Source of the DNA: the human T2T-CHM13v2.0 reference genome, Homo sapiens
Length of the DNA: 64,000 nt
Assembly (NCBI RefSeq): GCF_009914755.1
Contig: NC_060927.1
Direction: 5' to 3' (one strand)
Below are positions 29,165 through 41,109 of the stretch, in pieces; position 1 is the first letter of the stretch, and every line of letters starts with the position of its first letter. Position numbers and translations under genes: made by a program. The notes under the pieces were generated by a model. It ran no database searches and had not been told where the DNA came from. It saw nothing but the letters and a program-made list of their open reading frames with translations.

Positions 29165-29310
29165 TGAATTCCTCAATTTCCTCATCTGTAAAATGGGAAC
29201 AATAATAGTCCCTATCTCAAAGATTTACTATGCAGGTTAAATGGATAAGGGCTCATAGTTTAGAAAAGGACACAAGAAAACAAGTCCATTAATAATTCCT
29301 ATTCATACAT
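29165..29310 (+). mobile_element. MIR fragment
   Basis: 'cctcaatttcctcatctgtaaaatgggaacaataatag' MIR core. Confidence 0.85.
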
Positions 29311-30269
29311 AGTTACTAAGTAATCATTATTAATGCACAAACCCACATCCTACTCACAGATGACTCTGGTGTACAAGTGAGTAAATGCTGGTGAAACAAC
29401 CATGGCCACTCCAGAAGCAGATGGTTCAAGTCCAGTCCAAGCTCACAGGGTTCTCTAACTTGGACAGCAGAGGCTGGTGTGTGGCCAGCCAGGCCAGTGT
29501 GGCACCGTGCTGGGTGCTGTGCAGGGATCGTCTCTGTTAATCCCCATGATGACCAAATTGGGGCTGGGCAGAGGAGAGCAAGGATGCTTTTGCAAAGCTG
29601 CCTGGGAAAACTGGAATGTGTACCTGGTCTGAGAATGGCGAGAGCCTGGCCTCTTCTGCCCACCTCTTGTCCCCAGCCCCTGGTCCCCAGCCCCCGGCCC
29701 CCACCTCCAGCTAAAAGGCCAGCAGGAGGTACAATGCACCTCCCACTTCCACGTGTGGCCACAAAACCTCATCTCACGTCCGGCCATGACGCTCCAGGCT
29801 TAGCAGGAGTCTGAAATTGTGCTCAGAGCTGAGCAGGGGGAGCCGGCTGCAGGCGATGCCAGCCCCGGGTGCCAGGCTAAGTGGCTTCCAGGCCCTCTAA
29901 TCACCCCACTCCCAGAATCTGGCCATTAACTCCCTCCAGGCACAGGAGGGGGAACTGCCACTCTCCCTGCCTGGCTTTTAGTCCAATACAATTAGGAGCC
30001 ATTATTTCTGTCGTGTTGATTCTTGAAAAATCATTTTAAATTGTCGCCCTTTTTTGTGCTTTGGAAAAGGAAAATGCCAAAGAAGATGAAAACAGAAAAG
30101 CGTACCCACACCCCCCGCCTGGCTCCCAGTACCCCCCTCAGTCCCCCCATTTCTCCTGACCTGTTCCCTTGGCAACCGTCAACTCGCTGCTGCAATATTC
30201 AAAGGGAATCTCACAACTGCACATCAAATGGGACGCAGGGGGTATTTTCAGTTGCCTGAGACCCAGTGG

Positions 30270-30660
30270 ACGGACAGACAGACACACACCCCCTCAGGGA
30301 AGACAGAGACACAGAGAGGCAGAGACGGACAGAGAGAGACACAGAGAGAGAAGAGCAAAAAGACCCGGCACAAAGAGACAAAGACCCCCAGGGAGATAGC
30401 GACGTGGGGACCCAGAGATGCTGGAGTGGATGCACAGAATGAGACAGAGACAGAGCAAGAAAGAGATGTATGTGCAGAGTGACAGACAGACAGACACTGA
30501 TGAGGAAAGAGACCAACCCAGAGAGACAGAAAAAACAGACACATGGCGCAATGCAGAGGAGACAGATGGGGCTGGGCAGGGGGATTGGACGGAGGGAGAA
30601 GAGGGGCACAGGCAGGAGGGGACGGACTGAGGGTGGCAGAGAGGAGATAGGAGGAAGCAG
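30270..30660 (+). repeat. GA/GACA-rich low-complexity tract
   Basis: Degenerate (GAGACA)/(GACA) repeats. Confidence 0.8.
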
Positions 30661-31389
30661 TGGGAGCCACAGTGCCTGGCCTGGGCACCACAGCCTCTGA
30701 GGGCCCCTCCAAGCCAGGCTGCCTCTCCTCCTCCCCTTTCCCTGCCCCAGGTAGGCTTCTCCCCTGACCAGACACCTCACCCTCGCTGAAGCACCCTGCT
30801 GTTTCCCGCACACACTTTGCCTCTCTTGCCTTTGCCACGCTCCTCCACAGCCAGCCTGGGATGAGGTTGTTGTGAGGATGTCCCTCTGGATGGCCACCCC
30901 ACTCATTCCCAGACCCCTTACTCCTTCCTAAAAGTGAGAATGACATTGCGAAAGATGCCAATGGTGGAATTCCAGCCACCCTAGCAGACATTAGGGAAGA
31001 CAGGCTCCCCTCAAAGCACATGGAGGAGGATCAGGAGGGTCCTGTGGTTCCAGCTTAGGGCTAAGGATCGGGGTCAGGGCATGGGAACCTGTAGCTGCCC
31101 CATACTCAGTGGCAGCCACACGGAGGGTGGAGGGAGGGGCCTGGCAGGCATTTCGGCCCTGTGGCCTCCTCTCGGGCCCTTGCTTCTGCGCCTGAGCCCC
31201 TACTCCACCCAGGCCCAATACTCCTTGGCTCTCAGCATCTGGCATGATTCTGACCTGAGGAGGCTGTTAGGCCAGAGGCTGGGAGAAGGGACCAGAGGAG
31301 TAAAAACGCTCAGGTTAGAAGTCAGAGGTCAGAGGGCATGGGCAAAGCTCAGGTCCCCCTCAGAGGGAGCATGGCAGGCAAACCTAGAT

Positions 31390-31497
31390 TGCAGCACCCG
31401 TTCTGCCACTGACCACCGTGGAGTCACGGGGCCACTCTGAACCTCAGCTTTCCCACATATAAAATGGGTAAATAGGCCTTGCCCAGAGCAATTGCTG
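31390..31497 (+). mobile_element. MIR fragment abutting the VNTR
   Basis: 'ttctgccactgac...ctctgaacctcagctttcccacatataaaatggg'. Confidence 0.75.
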
Positions 31498-32430
31498 GAG
31501 CGAGGCTCTGAGAGTGCATGTGTGCAGTGAGCGAGGCTCTGAGAGTTTGTGTGTGCAGTGAGCCAGGAGCGAGGCTCTGAGAGTGTGTGTGTGCAGTGAG
31601 CCAGGAGCGAGGCTCTGAGAGTGCATGTGTGCAGTGAGCGAGGCTCTGAGAGTGTGTGTGTGCAGTGAGCCAGGAGCGAGGCTCTGAGAGTGCATGTGTG
31701 CAGTGAGCGAGGCTCTGAGAGTTTGTGTGTGCAGTGAGCCAGGAGCGAGGCTCTGAGAGTGCATGTGTGCAGTGAGCGAGGCTCTGAGAGTTTGTGTGTG
31801 CAGTGAGCCAGGAGCGAGGCTCTGAGAGTGTATGAGTGCAGCAAGCCAGGAGCGAGGCTCTGAGAGTGCATGTGTGCAGTGAGCGAGGCTCTGAGAGTTT
31901 GTGTGTGCAGTGAGCCAGGAGCGAGGCTCTGAGAGTGTATGAGTGCAGCGAGCCAGGAGCGAGGCTCTGAGAGTGCATGTGTGCAGTGAGCAACGCTCTG
32001 AGAGTGCATGTGTGCAGTGAGCCAGGAGCGAGGCTCTGAGAGTGTGTGTGTGCAGTGAGCCAGGAGCGAGGCTCTGAGAGTGTATGAGTGCAGTGAGCCA
32101 GGAGCGAGGCTCTGAAAGTGTGTGTGTGCAGTGAGCCAGGAATGAGGCTCTGAGAGTGCATGTGTGCAGTGAGCAACGCTCTGAGAGTGCATGTGTGCAG
32201 TGAGCCAGGAGCGAGGCTCTGAGAGTGTATGAGTGCAGCGAGCCAGGAGTGAGGCTCTGAGAGTGTATGAGTGCAGCGAGCCAGGAATGAGGCTCTGAGA
32301 GTGTATGTGTGTAGTGAGCCAGGAGTGAGGCTCTGAGAGTGCATGTGTGCAGTGAGCCAGGAGCGAGGCTCTGAGTGTGTGTGTAGTGAGCCAGGAGTGA
32401 GGCTCTGACAGTGCGTGTATGAGTGCAGGG
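31498..32430. repeat. Minisatellite, 26 units of 31 or 38 bp: GAGCGAGGCTCTGAGAGTG(C/T)(A/G)TG(T/A)GTGCAGT[GAGCCAG]
   Basis: 26 copies of the 'gctctga' core counted by eye; units differ by an optional 7-bp GAGCCAG. Confidence 0.97.
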
Positions 32431-32569
32431 AGTGATAGCTCTAAGGACAAACAGTGACCATGATGACAATGAGAACAATAATCATAATTTTTTGGCAGAA
32501 TGAGAGCTGGATGCCTGGCCGGGGTCAGAACCTCAAAGCCTTGGGGCCAGCAGCAGGAAGAAGCCATGT

Positions 32570-32805
32570 AAGACTCCATGGAGGTGGGGCTGCAGAGCCC
32601 AGACCCACCCCCCAGCCTGGGCTCAGGTGCACTGGGGACCCAAGGGGACAAACTCTGCCAAGTTTTCAAAAGGAGCTGGAAATAAGAATTTTTAATGCCG
32701 AATTTGAGTTTTAAATATTGGTAACCAATTCATTTTTCAAAGCACGTTGCAGGCCAAATAAAACATCCAGGGCTAGATGGGCCGTGTTGGCCAGTTTGTA
32801 CCCTT
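32570..32805 (-). mobile_element. MER102-like hAT fragment
   Basis: 'ttttaaatattggtaaccaattca...gcaggccaaataaaacatc...ggccagtttgtaccc'. Confidence 0.6.
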
Positions 32806-34839
32806 ACCTCTTCTCAGTGAACCATCGCCTCAGGGCTTGATCCACCGACAGGGGGCACCCTTTCCAGGGCTGCTGGGGCCCAGCAGCTCAAAGAGGCTGT
32901 GCAGGAGCAGCTTAGTCCAAAACTGTCTGTCCCTGGGGGGCAGATGCTGCACACTGGGATCCATTCCCCAGACACCGTGGCTCCTGGAGGATCCTGGACC
33001 TCAGCCGGGCTGTGGGAGAGCCTCAGTTCTGCTGCAGCTCCTTCCCCACCACACCTGCCCCTGGTGCTGCCCCTGCTGCCCGGCACCTTGGACACACAGA
33101 GGCGCAGAGAGAGGGCCAGCGCTCAGGGCTCAGGACCAGGCACTGTGAAGGCGGGGAGGGTAGTCAAAGACCATGGTTCACAAATGGTCCTGGGCAGGTG
33201 GTGGGGATTGTGACTGCCACCCTGAGGAGCTCAATTAAAAAGCAGTTTCCTGGGGCCCAGCCCTGCAGAGTCTGATTCCTTAGGGCCAGTGAGTGTGCAT
33301 TTTAAGAAGCATCCCGAGGGACTCCGATAGGTGTGCTGCAGACCCACTGAGAAGACAGGGAGGAGTGGGATCTGGTGTCCTGCCCCTCTGGCCCAGGCCC
33401 CAGGGCCCCCAGGACCTGCTGTGTCCCCAGCTAGTGCCCAGGCTCCTGCCATGGCTGCCCCTATGCCGGTGAATCTGAGGAGAGCACAGACTCCCCCTCA
33501 TTGCATGGTGACTCCAGGAGGAAGCCATGGAGCATCTCCACCCACAGGTTCTTCTGGCTAGTGCATGCCCCTCCTGGCTCTTTAAGAACCAGGCCTGCAG
33601 CAAGCAGTGGGGGCTTCTCCTACCCAACCCTTGAGACCAGTTTGGAGGTGTTTGTCTCAGGCTCTGGTCTTCAGCTGTGGCTCTGTCCTCTTGGTCTGCA
33701 AGGGTGACTCCCCAGTCTGGCTGTGCATCCCAGGTCCCTAGAGGCTTTGGAAAACTAGGGTTCCCTGGTTTCTACATGAGAGAGAACCAGCTGGCTCCAG
33801 TGCCCAGCTCCAGGAACGCACCCTCCAGAACCGTCCTGGTGCATGAGGCAGCAAGAGTCCTCAGGGGGCCCTGCACATGCCCTGCGCCCCTACCCTGGCC
33901 CCAGCCTCAACATGGCCAGTCACAGAACCTAGCCCCCTGGCAGCATTTCTGGGGCATACCCAGGCCGGGACAATAAGAGCCCTCCCCAGGGATTTTTCCT
34001 GCAGGAACCCTGTGGGGAGAGAGGTCACTCCCTCTGGGGTGGGAGCTGCTCGTCAGTGCACCCCAGAGCTGGAGGAGCAAAGAAGAGGGCAGCCCCAAAG
34101 GCAATGGGATTCTTGGCCAGCTGCCAGGGCACCCCAGCCTCGTCGCAGTTCCAAGAGAAGCCCCTGTGCCCTCACAGTCAATTCCCTTCTTGCCTAAGCT
34201 AGTTGGCGTTATGTCACTTGCAACCAAATATATCACCCTAAACCTACTGACTCAGAAGTTTTGTATTTTTAACAAGTTCCCCAGGTGATTCTCGGCCGAA
34301 CTGCGCTTGAGAAGCACTGATGTACAGCACTGCCAATTAGGCTGCTGGTGTTCTTGGGACTCAGGCCATCTTCACGCTGGAATCTGTCAGTTCCAATTCA
34401 TACCAGCCCTCCCCCTACCCCCAGCATCTGCACATCAAACCCCGTGATATAATCCCTGCACAGCCGTTGGGAGGGAGAGGGGTCTGAACATCCAGGCCCA
34501 ATCACTGAGCAGCTGGAAACATGAAGCCCCTGGAGGGAAAGCCCCAGAGGTCTTCTCCAGAGAGAATAAAAGGTAGGGAATGCGAAAGAAGGGGCTCTAT
34601 CCTAAAGGTTTGATCAGAGGAGAGCAAAGGGAGGAGTCCAGGACTAGTTTTATCTACCCGTTTAGCAAATATTTCCTGAGCTTCTACTGACTGTATCCCA
34701 GATACTGTGCAAGGTACAGGGGACCCCTGTAAGCAGGTGGGGGCTCCCTGCTCTCCAGGCCCTGACTTTGTCAGGGAGAGATATGAAATACCCAGGCCAG
34801 TGCTACATGAACATATGACTACAGACCCTGCAGGAAAGA

Positions 34840-35630
34840 AGCAGGGTCTCGGCACACACACTCGCCTCCCAATATCTATTCTCGCCTCCTTTTCAGCTGG
34901 GTACAGCCATGGTGCACACTTCCCAGCCTCTTCTGCAACTGGATGTGGCCACAAGAGAGTTCCTGCCAATGGAATTTGGGCAGAAGTAAATGTGTAACTT
35001 CTGTCTTAGTCTGACCAGGCTGCTATAACAAAATGACTTAGACTGGGTAATTTACAAACACAAGAAATGTATTGCTCACAGTTGTAGAGGCTAGAAAGTT
35101 CAAGATCAAGGCACCAATTTGATGTCTGGTGAGGGCCTGTTCCTTGTGGATGGAGCCTACTAAATGTCCCCACATGGTGGAAAGGGTGGACAGGCTCCTT
35201 CAGGCCTCTTTTATAAGGGCACTAATTCCATTTGTGAGGGTCCCACCCTCATAACTTAATCACTCCCTAAACACACCACCTATTTACACTATTACACTGG
35301 GTATTAGGCTCCAATATATAAATTTTGGAGGGACACAAACAGACTATACTTCCTTAGAAGTATCTTATGATTGGAGAGGTGAGTGTCCTCCTTCCTCGTC
35401 CTCCCTCCTTCCCATTGGAAGGGAGACGCAATGGCCAGAGCTGGAGCAGCCTTCTGGGTCTATGAGGGGTATGCCACATGTTGAGAGGCATGGAACAAGA
35501 GAGGAGCCTGGGTTCCTGAGGCTAACGGAGGTGCCGTGGGAGTCTGGCACTGTTGACCTCCAGACCTCACTTACAAAAGAGGGAGAAAGATATCTTTCTC
35601 TAGCTCTGTCATGGCTGTTCCGACACAATG
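34840..35630 (+). mobile_element. MLT1J-like LTR split by a nested MLT1A
   Basis: 'cactttcccagcctc...tgtggccaca...gccaatggaatttgggcagaagt' resumes after 35348 as 'cttcc...gccagagctggagcagcc...gagcctgggttcctga'. Confidence 0.7.
35002..35347 (-). mobile_element. MLT1A0-like solo LTR
   Basis: 'tgtcttagtctg...gctgctataacaaaat...ttttataagggcactaat...ttttggagggacacaaac'; TSD acttc on both sides. Confidence 0.85.
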
Positions 35631-35807
35631 GCCCTCTGAGAAATTGTAACAGGGGGATTCATTTCAACTGGGAAAAGACCTCTTTGAGGAAATCTCTTTG
35701 ACTTGGGTACTGAAAGACAGACAAAAGTTGGCCAAGGAGAGAGAAGGAGGAGAAGCTCTTAAATGAGATAAATTCCAAAAGGAGGCTGCTTGGGCCGGAG
35801 CAGAGAG

Positions 35808-35878
35808 TTACCAGAATTGGGGGATCTGGAATGGGTCCCAGTTTGAGAGGTAGGGATGTTTTTTAAATAAAAATCAGT

Positions 35879-35912
<34 letters not shown>

Positions 35913-35945
35913 AGACAGAGTCTCACTCTGTCGCCCAGGCTGGAG
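35808..35945 (-). repeat. Inverted copy of 36308-36436 (Alu 3' end, polyA and ~72 bp flank)
   Basis: Reverse complement aligns with about 8 substitutions outside the homopolymer. Confidence 0.95.
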
Positions 35946-36063
35946 CTGGGGCTGCAAGGGGTGGGGGGACACAAGCAGCCTGTGGGCCAAGTCAGGGAGC
36001 TAGGGGCACTGAGAAACCCCAAGAGAGTCTTAAAGCAGGCAAGCAACAGAAACAGATTTTTAT

Positions 36064-36364
36064 GGCTGAGTGCAATGGTTCACGCTTGTAACCCCAGCAC
36101 TTTGGGAGGCCAAGGCATGCAGATCACCTGAGGTCAGGAGTTTAAGACCAGCCTGGCCAACATGGTGAAACCCCATCTCTACTAGAAATACGAAAAATTA
36201 GCCGGGCATTATGACACACGCCTGTAATCCAAGCTACTCAGGAGGCTGAGAGAATCACTTGAACCTGGAAGCTGGAGGTTGCAGTAAGCCAAGATAGCAC
36301 CACTGCACTCCAGCCTGGGTGACAGAGCGAGACTCTGTCTCAAAAAAAAAAAAAAAAAAAAAAA
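36064..36364 (+). mobile_element. AluS
   Basis: Dimeric Alu, A23 tail, TSD aaacagatttttat / aaacaatgatttttat. Confidence 0.94.
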
Positions 36365-38309
36365 CAATGATTTTTATTTGAAAAACATCCCTGCCTCTCA
36401 AACTGGGACCCATTCCAGATCCTCCTATTCTGGTAAGCACCTGCCATCCTCATTAGAGGGCACCGTTAGTTGCCTTTTACAGATGCAGAATCAGAGAGGT
36501 TAAGTGGCATGCTCAGGGTAACTCAGCTCACATGAGTCCCAGCAGGCGCCTGAGCCCAGACCCACCTGACTCTCAGACCCTGAGATCTCTCTGCACTGTT
36601 TGCCACACCACTCCCATCCCAAGCCCTTACCCCCAGGTGACCAGGCTCCTGGTGTCCAGCCGGACCCACCTGGAGGAGATGCATGCTCACCCTGGCTGCA
36701 AGCACTGGAGGTTTTCAGGCTGCTCAGGGGCCTTAGAGAGCACTGGTCTCCCAAACACGCACCGCACAGATTGGGGACTGAGGCCCTGCAGAAGCAGGGT
36801 CTCCCAAGGCCACAGGATGCAGACCAAAAATGAGGTCCAGGGCTCGAAGCTTCTCAGGACAGGCTCTCAGGGGCCAGGGAGCTAGTCTGAAAAACTGCCC
36901 CCCATTCAAATGCAGCAGGCTAGCCCTGGCTTCCCACAGACAAGCCTCCACATCTGCTGTCCCTTCTTCCCTGCCCCTTGTCATCCCAGAATCCAGTGAT
37001 CTGGGCCAAAGAATCCGGGCCCAACTCACAAGTACGAAAGGTGCCATTGCAGGCCGGATAGCAAGGGGGGCTGAACTCCCTCCCTCTTACATGGCTAACG
37101 GGGCTCATCAGCATTAATCATCGAGTGCTTGGGAGCCAGAGCCTCTAAGAGAAGGCACAGAGTGCAGCTGCTTAGGCTCTCCTTGCCCAAGCTCCAGACA
37201 GCGTGGAAAGGACATGGGCAGAAGAGGCAGAAAGTGGCTCAAGCCTCACCCCCACCCCTTCCAGAAGACTGTGAACTCCCCTGAGACTCCTTTCCTCAGA
37301 CCCACCTGGTGGAGATGAAAGGACTTTGCAAACTGGAAAATGTTATGCTAATATGGAGACTGGTTATAATCAGGTATAGCAAAAGAGTTGCTGCCTTCAT
37401 GGTATTTTAAATGTGGATAGTTTTCTCAGTTCCCCAAGTACCTTATCCGGCCAGAATTTACACAATTATGGAGTCATCCGTCCAGTGACAGGACTGCCTA
37501 TTTCAAATCCCTTCTGGGAAAAGCAAAACCCTACTAGGAACAACACAACATTGTCTAATTAGTCATTTATACTTTAGTATAAATGAGTCTGTACCCATCC
37601 TTTCTGAGAGGAGAGCCTCAAGCAGGAAAGGGAATTTTATTAGGGAAAGGTTGATGGGAAGGGATGATTATGGAGCCAGGGACAGAGACTTGCTGGGGGG
37701 TCCCTTCCGGAAGTTGGGATCAGACTGGACACAATTGAAACCACAGGCCTTGTAAGGCCTGGAGGTAAAGGAGGACTCAGGGGGCATCAGGAGAAGGAGT
37801 TGGCTGCCTCCTGAGGCCCCAGCCTTTCTTTACCTTTAATCCTTCTCTCCTGTGGGCCCTGCCGCACAGCCTGCAAACATGCTCAAGATTCTCCCACCCG
37901 GAAAAGTCCCTCTTTCAGTCCCCTGCACATCTCAGCAGACAGAATGTGGGCTTTGCAGTCAGATGATCTTGAGTTCCATGCTTCACTCTGCCACTTGTCC
38001 ACAAAATGGCTTCAAGAACCACTGTTTTACTAATCTTTGTACCTCCAGACCCAAACCCAGAGCCTGGTACAGAAAATAAAAATAAAAAACAGGCTCCAAA
38101 AACATTGTTGAGATGGATGATGGATTTTCTGAGCTTCAGTGTCCTCACCTGCAAAATGTTATCAAGGAAAAGCAGAGTAAAAATATTTGTTTATACTAAA
38201 GTATGAATGGCTGATAGGATTTTGCAGAGATTTTAAAGAGGAATATCCCCAGACTCAAAGGGACAACAAAATAAGCCCTTCCTCACAGGGCAGTGGTGAG
38301 GACTAAATG

Positions 38310-38660
38310 CAGTTATTTATGTATTCATTTAATAAATCTATAGCAAGCTACTATGTGTGCCACACACTGTTCTAGGCACTGGGGTTAAAACAGTGAACAA
38401 CAATGAAAAATTCCTGCCCTTATGGAGCTGACATTTAGTGTAGAGGACTGGCAATACACTAACAAATAAATAATAACTCAATATATAATATAAAGTCAAG
38501 TAATGATCAGTTCATTGAAGAAGATTAAAATGGAATGAGGGGTGGCATGTGATGGTGGAACACTGGTTTAGATGGGATGGTCTGGGAAGATCTCTGTGAG
38601 GAGGTAACATTTGAACAGAGACCTAAATGAATGCATCATGCAAATATCTTGGGAAAAAGA
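38310..38660. mobile_element. L2 fragment
   Basis: 'attcatttaataaat...ctactatgtg...cactgttctaggcactgggg...cctgcccttatggagctgacatt...gaggaggtaacatttgaacagagacctaaatga'. Confidence 0.8.
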
Positions 38661-38669
38661 AGCTTAGGA

Positions 38670-39360
38670 GTATAACCATATTACCTTGGGGTGAGCAAAG
38701 ATGGCTTGAAAGATATACAGAAAACCTTCAGCCATAAAAAATATAATTGGCAAGTTGGACTACATTGAAGTGAAGACTTTCCATCCATCAGAAGGCACCA
38801 TCAGGAGACTGAAAATGCAAGCCATGGAGTGGGAGAGGATATTCAGAACATGTACATCTATCAAAGGACTCATAACCAGAATAGAAACATTTCCTACAAA
38901 GCAATAAACAAAGATACCACTCAATAGAAAAGTGAGCAGGATTTGGACCTTCATGAAACAGGATAGCCCAATAGCCAGTAAATGCAGGAGAGGGTGCCTG
39001 ACTTCAATGATCATCAGAGGATTGCAAATTAAAACACCAATGAGCTACTGCTGCACACCTTCAGAATGATTATAATGAAAATGACAGAAAAAGGCCATGT
39101 GCTGGAAATCCTGGAACACTCTTAGGCTGCTGGTGGGGGAGTACATTGGTACAATCTCCATGGAAGAGAGATTTGCAGCATCTATTAAAGCTAACATATG
39201 CCAACCCTATGACCAAGCACTTCCACTCCTAGGCCCACACTCAATTGAATGGCATACATACATTCATAAAAAGAAGGGTATGAGAAGATTCATAGCAGCA
39301 TTATTTGTGAAAACCAAAAACGAGAAGCTACCCAAATGCTCAGTAATGAAGAGGTGGATG
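38670..39360 (+). mobile_element. L1ME 3' fragment
   Basis: 'gcaaattaaaacac...ccctatgaccaagcacttccactcctagg...ttcatagcagcattatttgt'. Confidence 0.75.
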
Positions 39361-40199
39361 TGAAGTGTGGGGCACTGGGACAAGCTAGAAACCAAAAAAC
39401 AGACTGGCCCCATGTTGGTCTCTGTCATGCCAGCCCCAGCCTCTGACTTTATCGATGGAGTGAGCTGGCCCAGGAGTCAGAGAAACCGAAAAACACTGGC
39501 TGATGACACGTCTGATGGAGAGGGGGAAGGATTTAAAATCAAAAGTGACGATAGCCACCTCTGCTTTCTGAGTTTTATGAAACAATCCCAAACAGCAGAG
39601 AAATTGGGATTTTTGTGTGCTGTCCCTTTGATAGAGAAAATTGTAAAAGGAGGAGGTGGCCCTGGTTTGGCACAACACGGATGTGATGGGTCTCTGGCCA
39701 TGCAAAAGTGGAGCTGTGCTGAGAACAGAGGGTAGTGAAATCAGTCTGCCTGAGTGGCGGAATGAAGTTGGGGGAACCAAAAGCTGAGGGTCCCAGAAAA
39801 CAGAGACCTGGCCATTCCTTGGAGGAAAGAGAGTGTGTGAGTGTCTGGGGCCCTTCCTGGGGAGGCCAAAGGAGCCTTGAGGACAGGGGATGTCTTCTGT
39901 TTACCTTGGGGCTGTCTGCTGGGAGATACTGTGACATAGCCCTCCTCAATCTTAAATCATCAGTCAGTTTTGCAAGACACCCACCTGCCTGGTGTAAGGA
40001 AAAGAGAATGTGTCATACATTAGGAGCAATTGAAGGCAGAACAGAAACAGCCCATATGGCTCAGAAAGACAATCCAAAAATGGAACCACCTCAGTTACAA
40101 CCGAAGCTCAGAGCTAAGAGGGAAGTGGGAAAATGTACACCTCCTCCAAAATACCCAGAGAAGCTGGGAGAGAACCGGACCTCTCCAAGGACAAGACAT

Positions 40200-41100
40200 C
40201 TCAGCTGACATCCAGATTACACCTATGTAACCTAAACTAGTTCAGAGTATAGAGATGGAGGAAACTTTTATAAGTTCATTTCATAGAACTTAACAAAACA
40301 TACATACTAAACTAATTTTTACTTATAAAAAGGTGCAAAACTCCTGAATAAAATATTAGCAGAATGAATCCAGTAGTAGTAACAGAATAATATGCTAATA
40401 TAACACAGAAATATAGGAATGCAAGGCTGGTTCAATATTAGCAGAGCTGTTGGTGTCGTTCACATTAACAGGCTAAAAAGGAGGGCTTGAACTATGTTCA
40501 TGGCTGTAAAAAGGAATTTGATAAAATCAAACATCCATTGCTGATTTTTTAAAAAAGCTTTCAGTAAACAGAATATTAAAAGAAACTTTCTTACCTTTGA
40601 TAGAGTATTTATCAGAAACCAAATAGGAAAGATCAGATTTCACTATAAAAGACACAGGGTATCATTGGAATGATTTCTTCCAGGAAAACCTCATATTCTC
40701 CAGGGTACAGCTGCATCCAGTTTCCCCACTATACACTTTCACTCTCCCCATCCTTGTTTCTCCTCAAAGCTTCCTGATAGACTTTGTCCATTTTGTTCAC
40801 ATCTGCATTTCCAGGACCTAGAGCAACCTCTGCCACACAGCTAATGTTAAATCAATGGTGAATGAGTGAAAAAATAGAAACAAATCAAATATGCTCACTA
40901 TTACCATTCCATTCAACATTATCCTAGGGATTATAGATGAGGCAAAAAAAGAGGAAAATGAGACGAAGGGTAAATATTGGAAAGAAAAGGATAAAACTAT
41001 AAGTCTTTGCAGCTAATGTAAACATCTATCTGGAAAATTCAAGAAGAGACTTCAGAAAGATATTCAGATATGATATTCATATACAAATACAACACTATTT
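40200..41100 (+). mobile_element. L1M ORF2 fragments
   Basis: 'aataaaatattagcagaatgaatccag...ggaatgcaaggctggttcaatattag...atttgataaaat'. Confidence 0.7.
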
Positions 41101-41109
41101 TCAAAAATC

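Noticed and set aside
30211-31021. ORFs of 231 and 257 aa
   Set aside because: They run through GA/TC low-complexity sequence and give compositionally biased products.
31498-32430. CRISPR-like repeat/spacer array
   Set aside because: The segments between cores are near-identical variants rather than unique spacers; the DNA is eukaryotic and there are no cas genes.
31329-32669. His/Cys-rich ORFs of 446, 344 and 306 aa on the minus strand
   Set aside because: All three frames are open only because the repeat unit lacks stops on that strand; the same peptides cycle between frames and there is no gene context.
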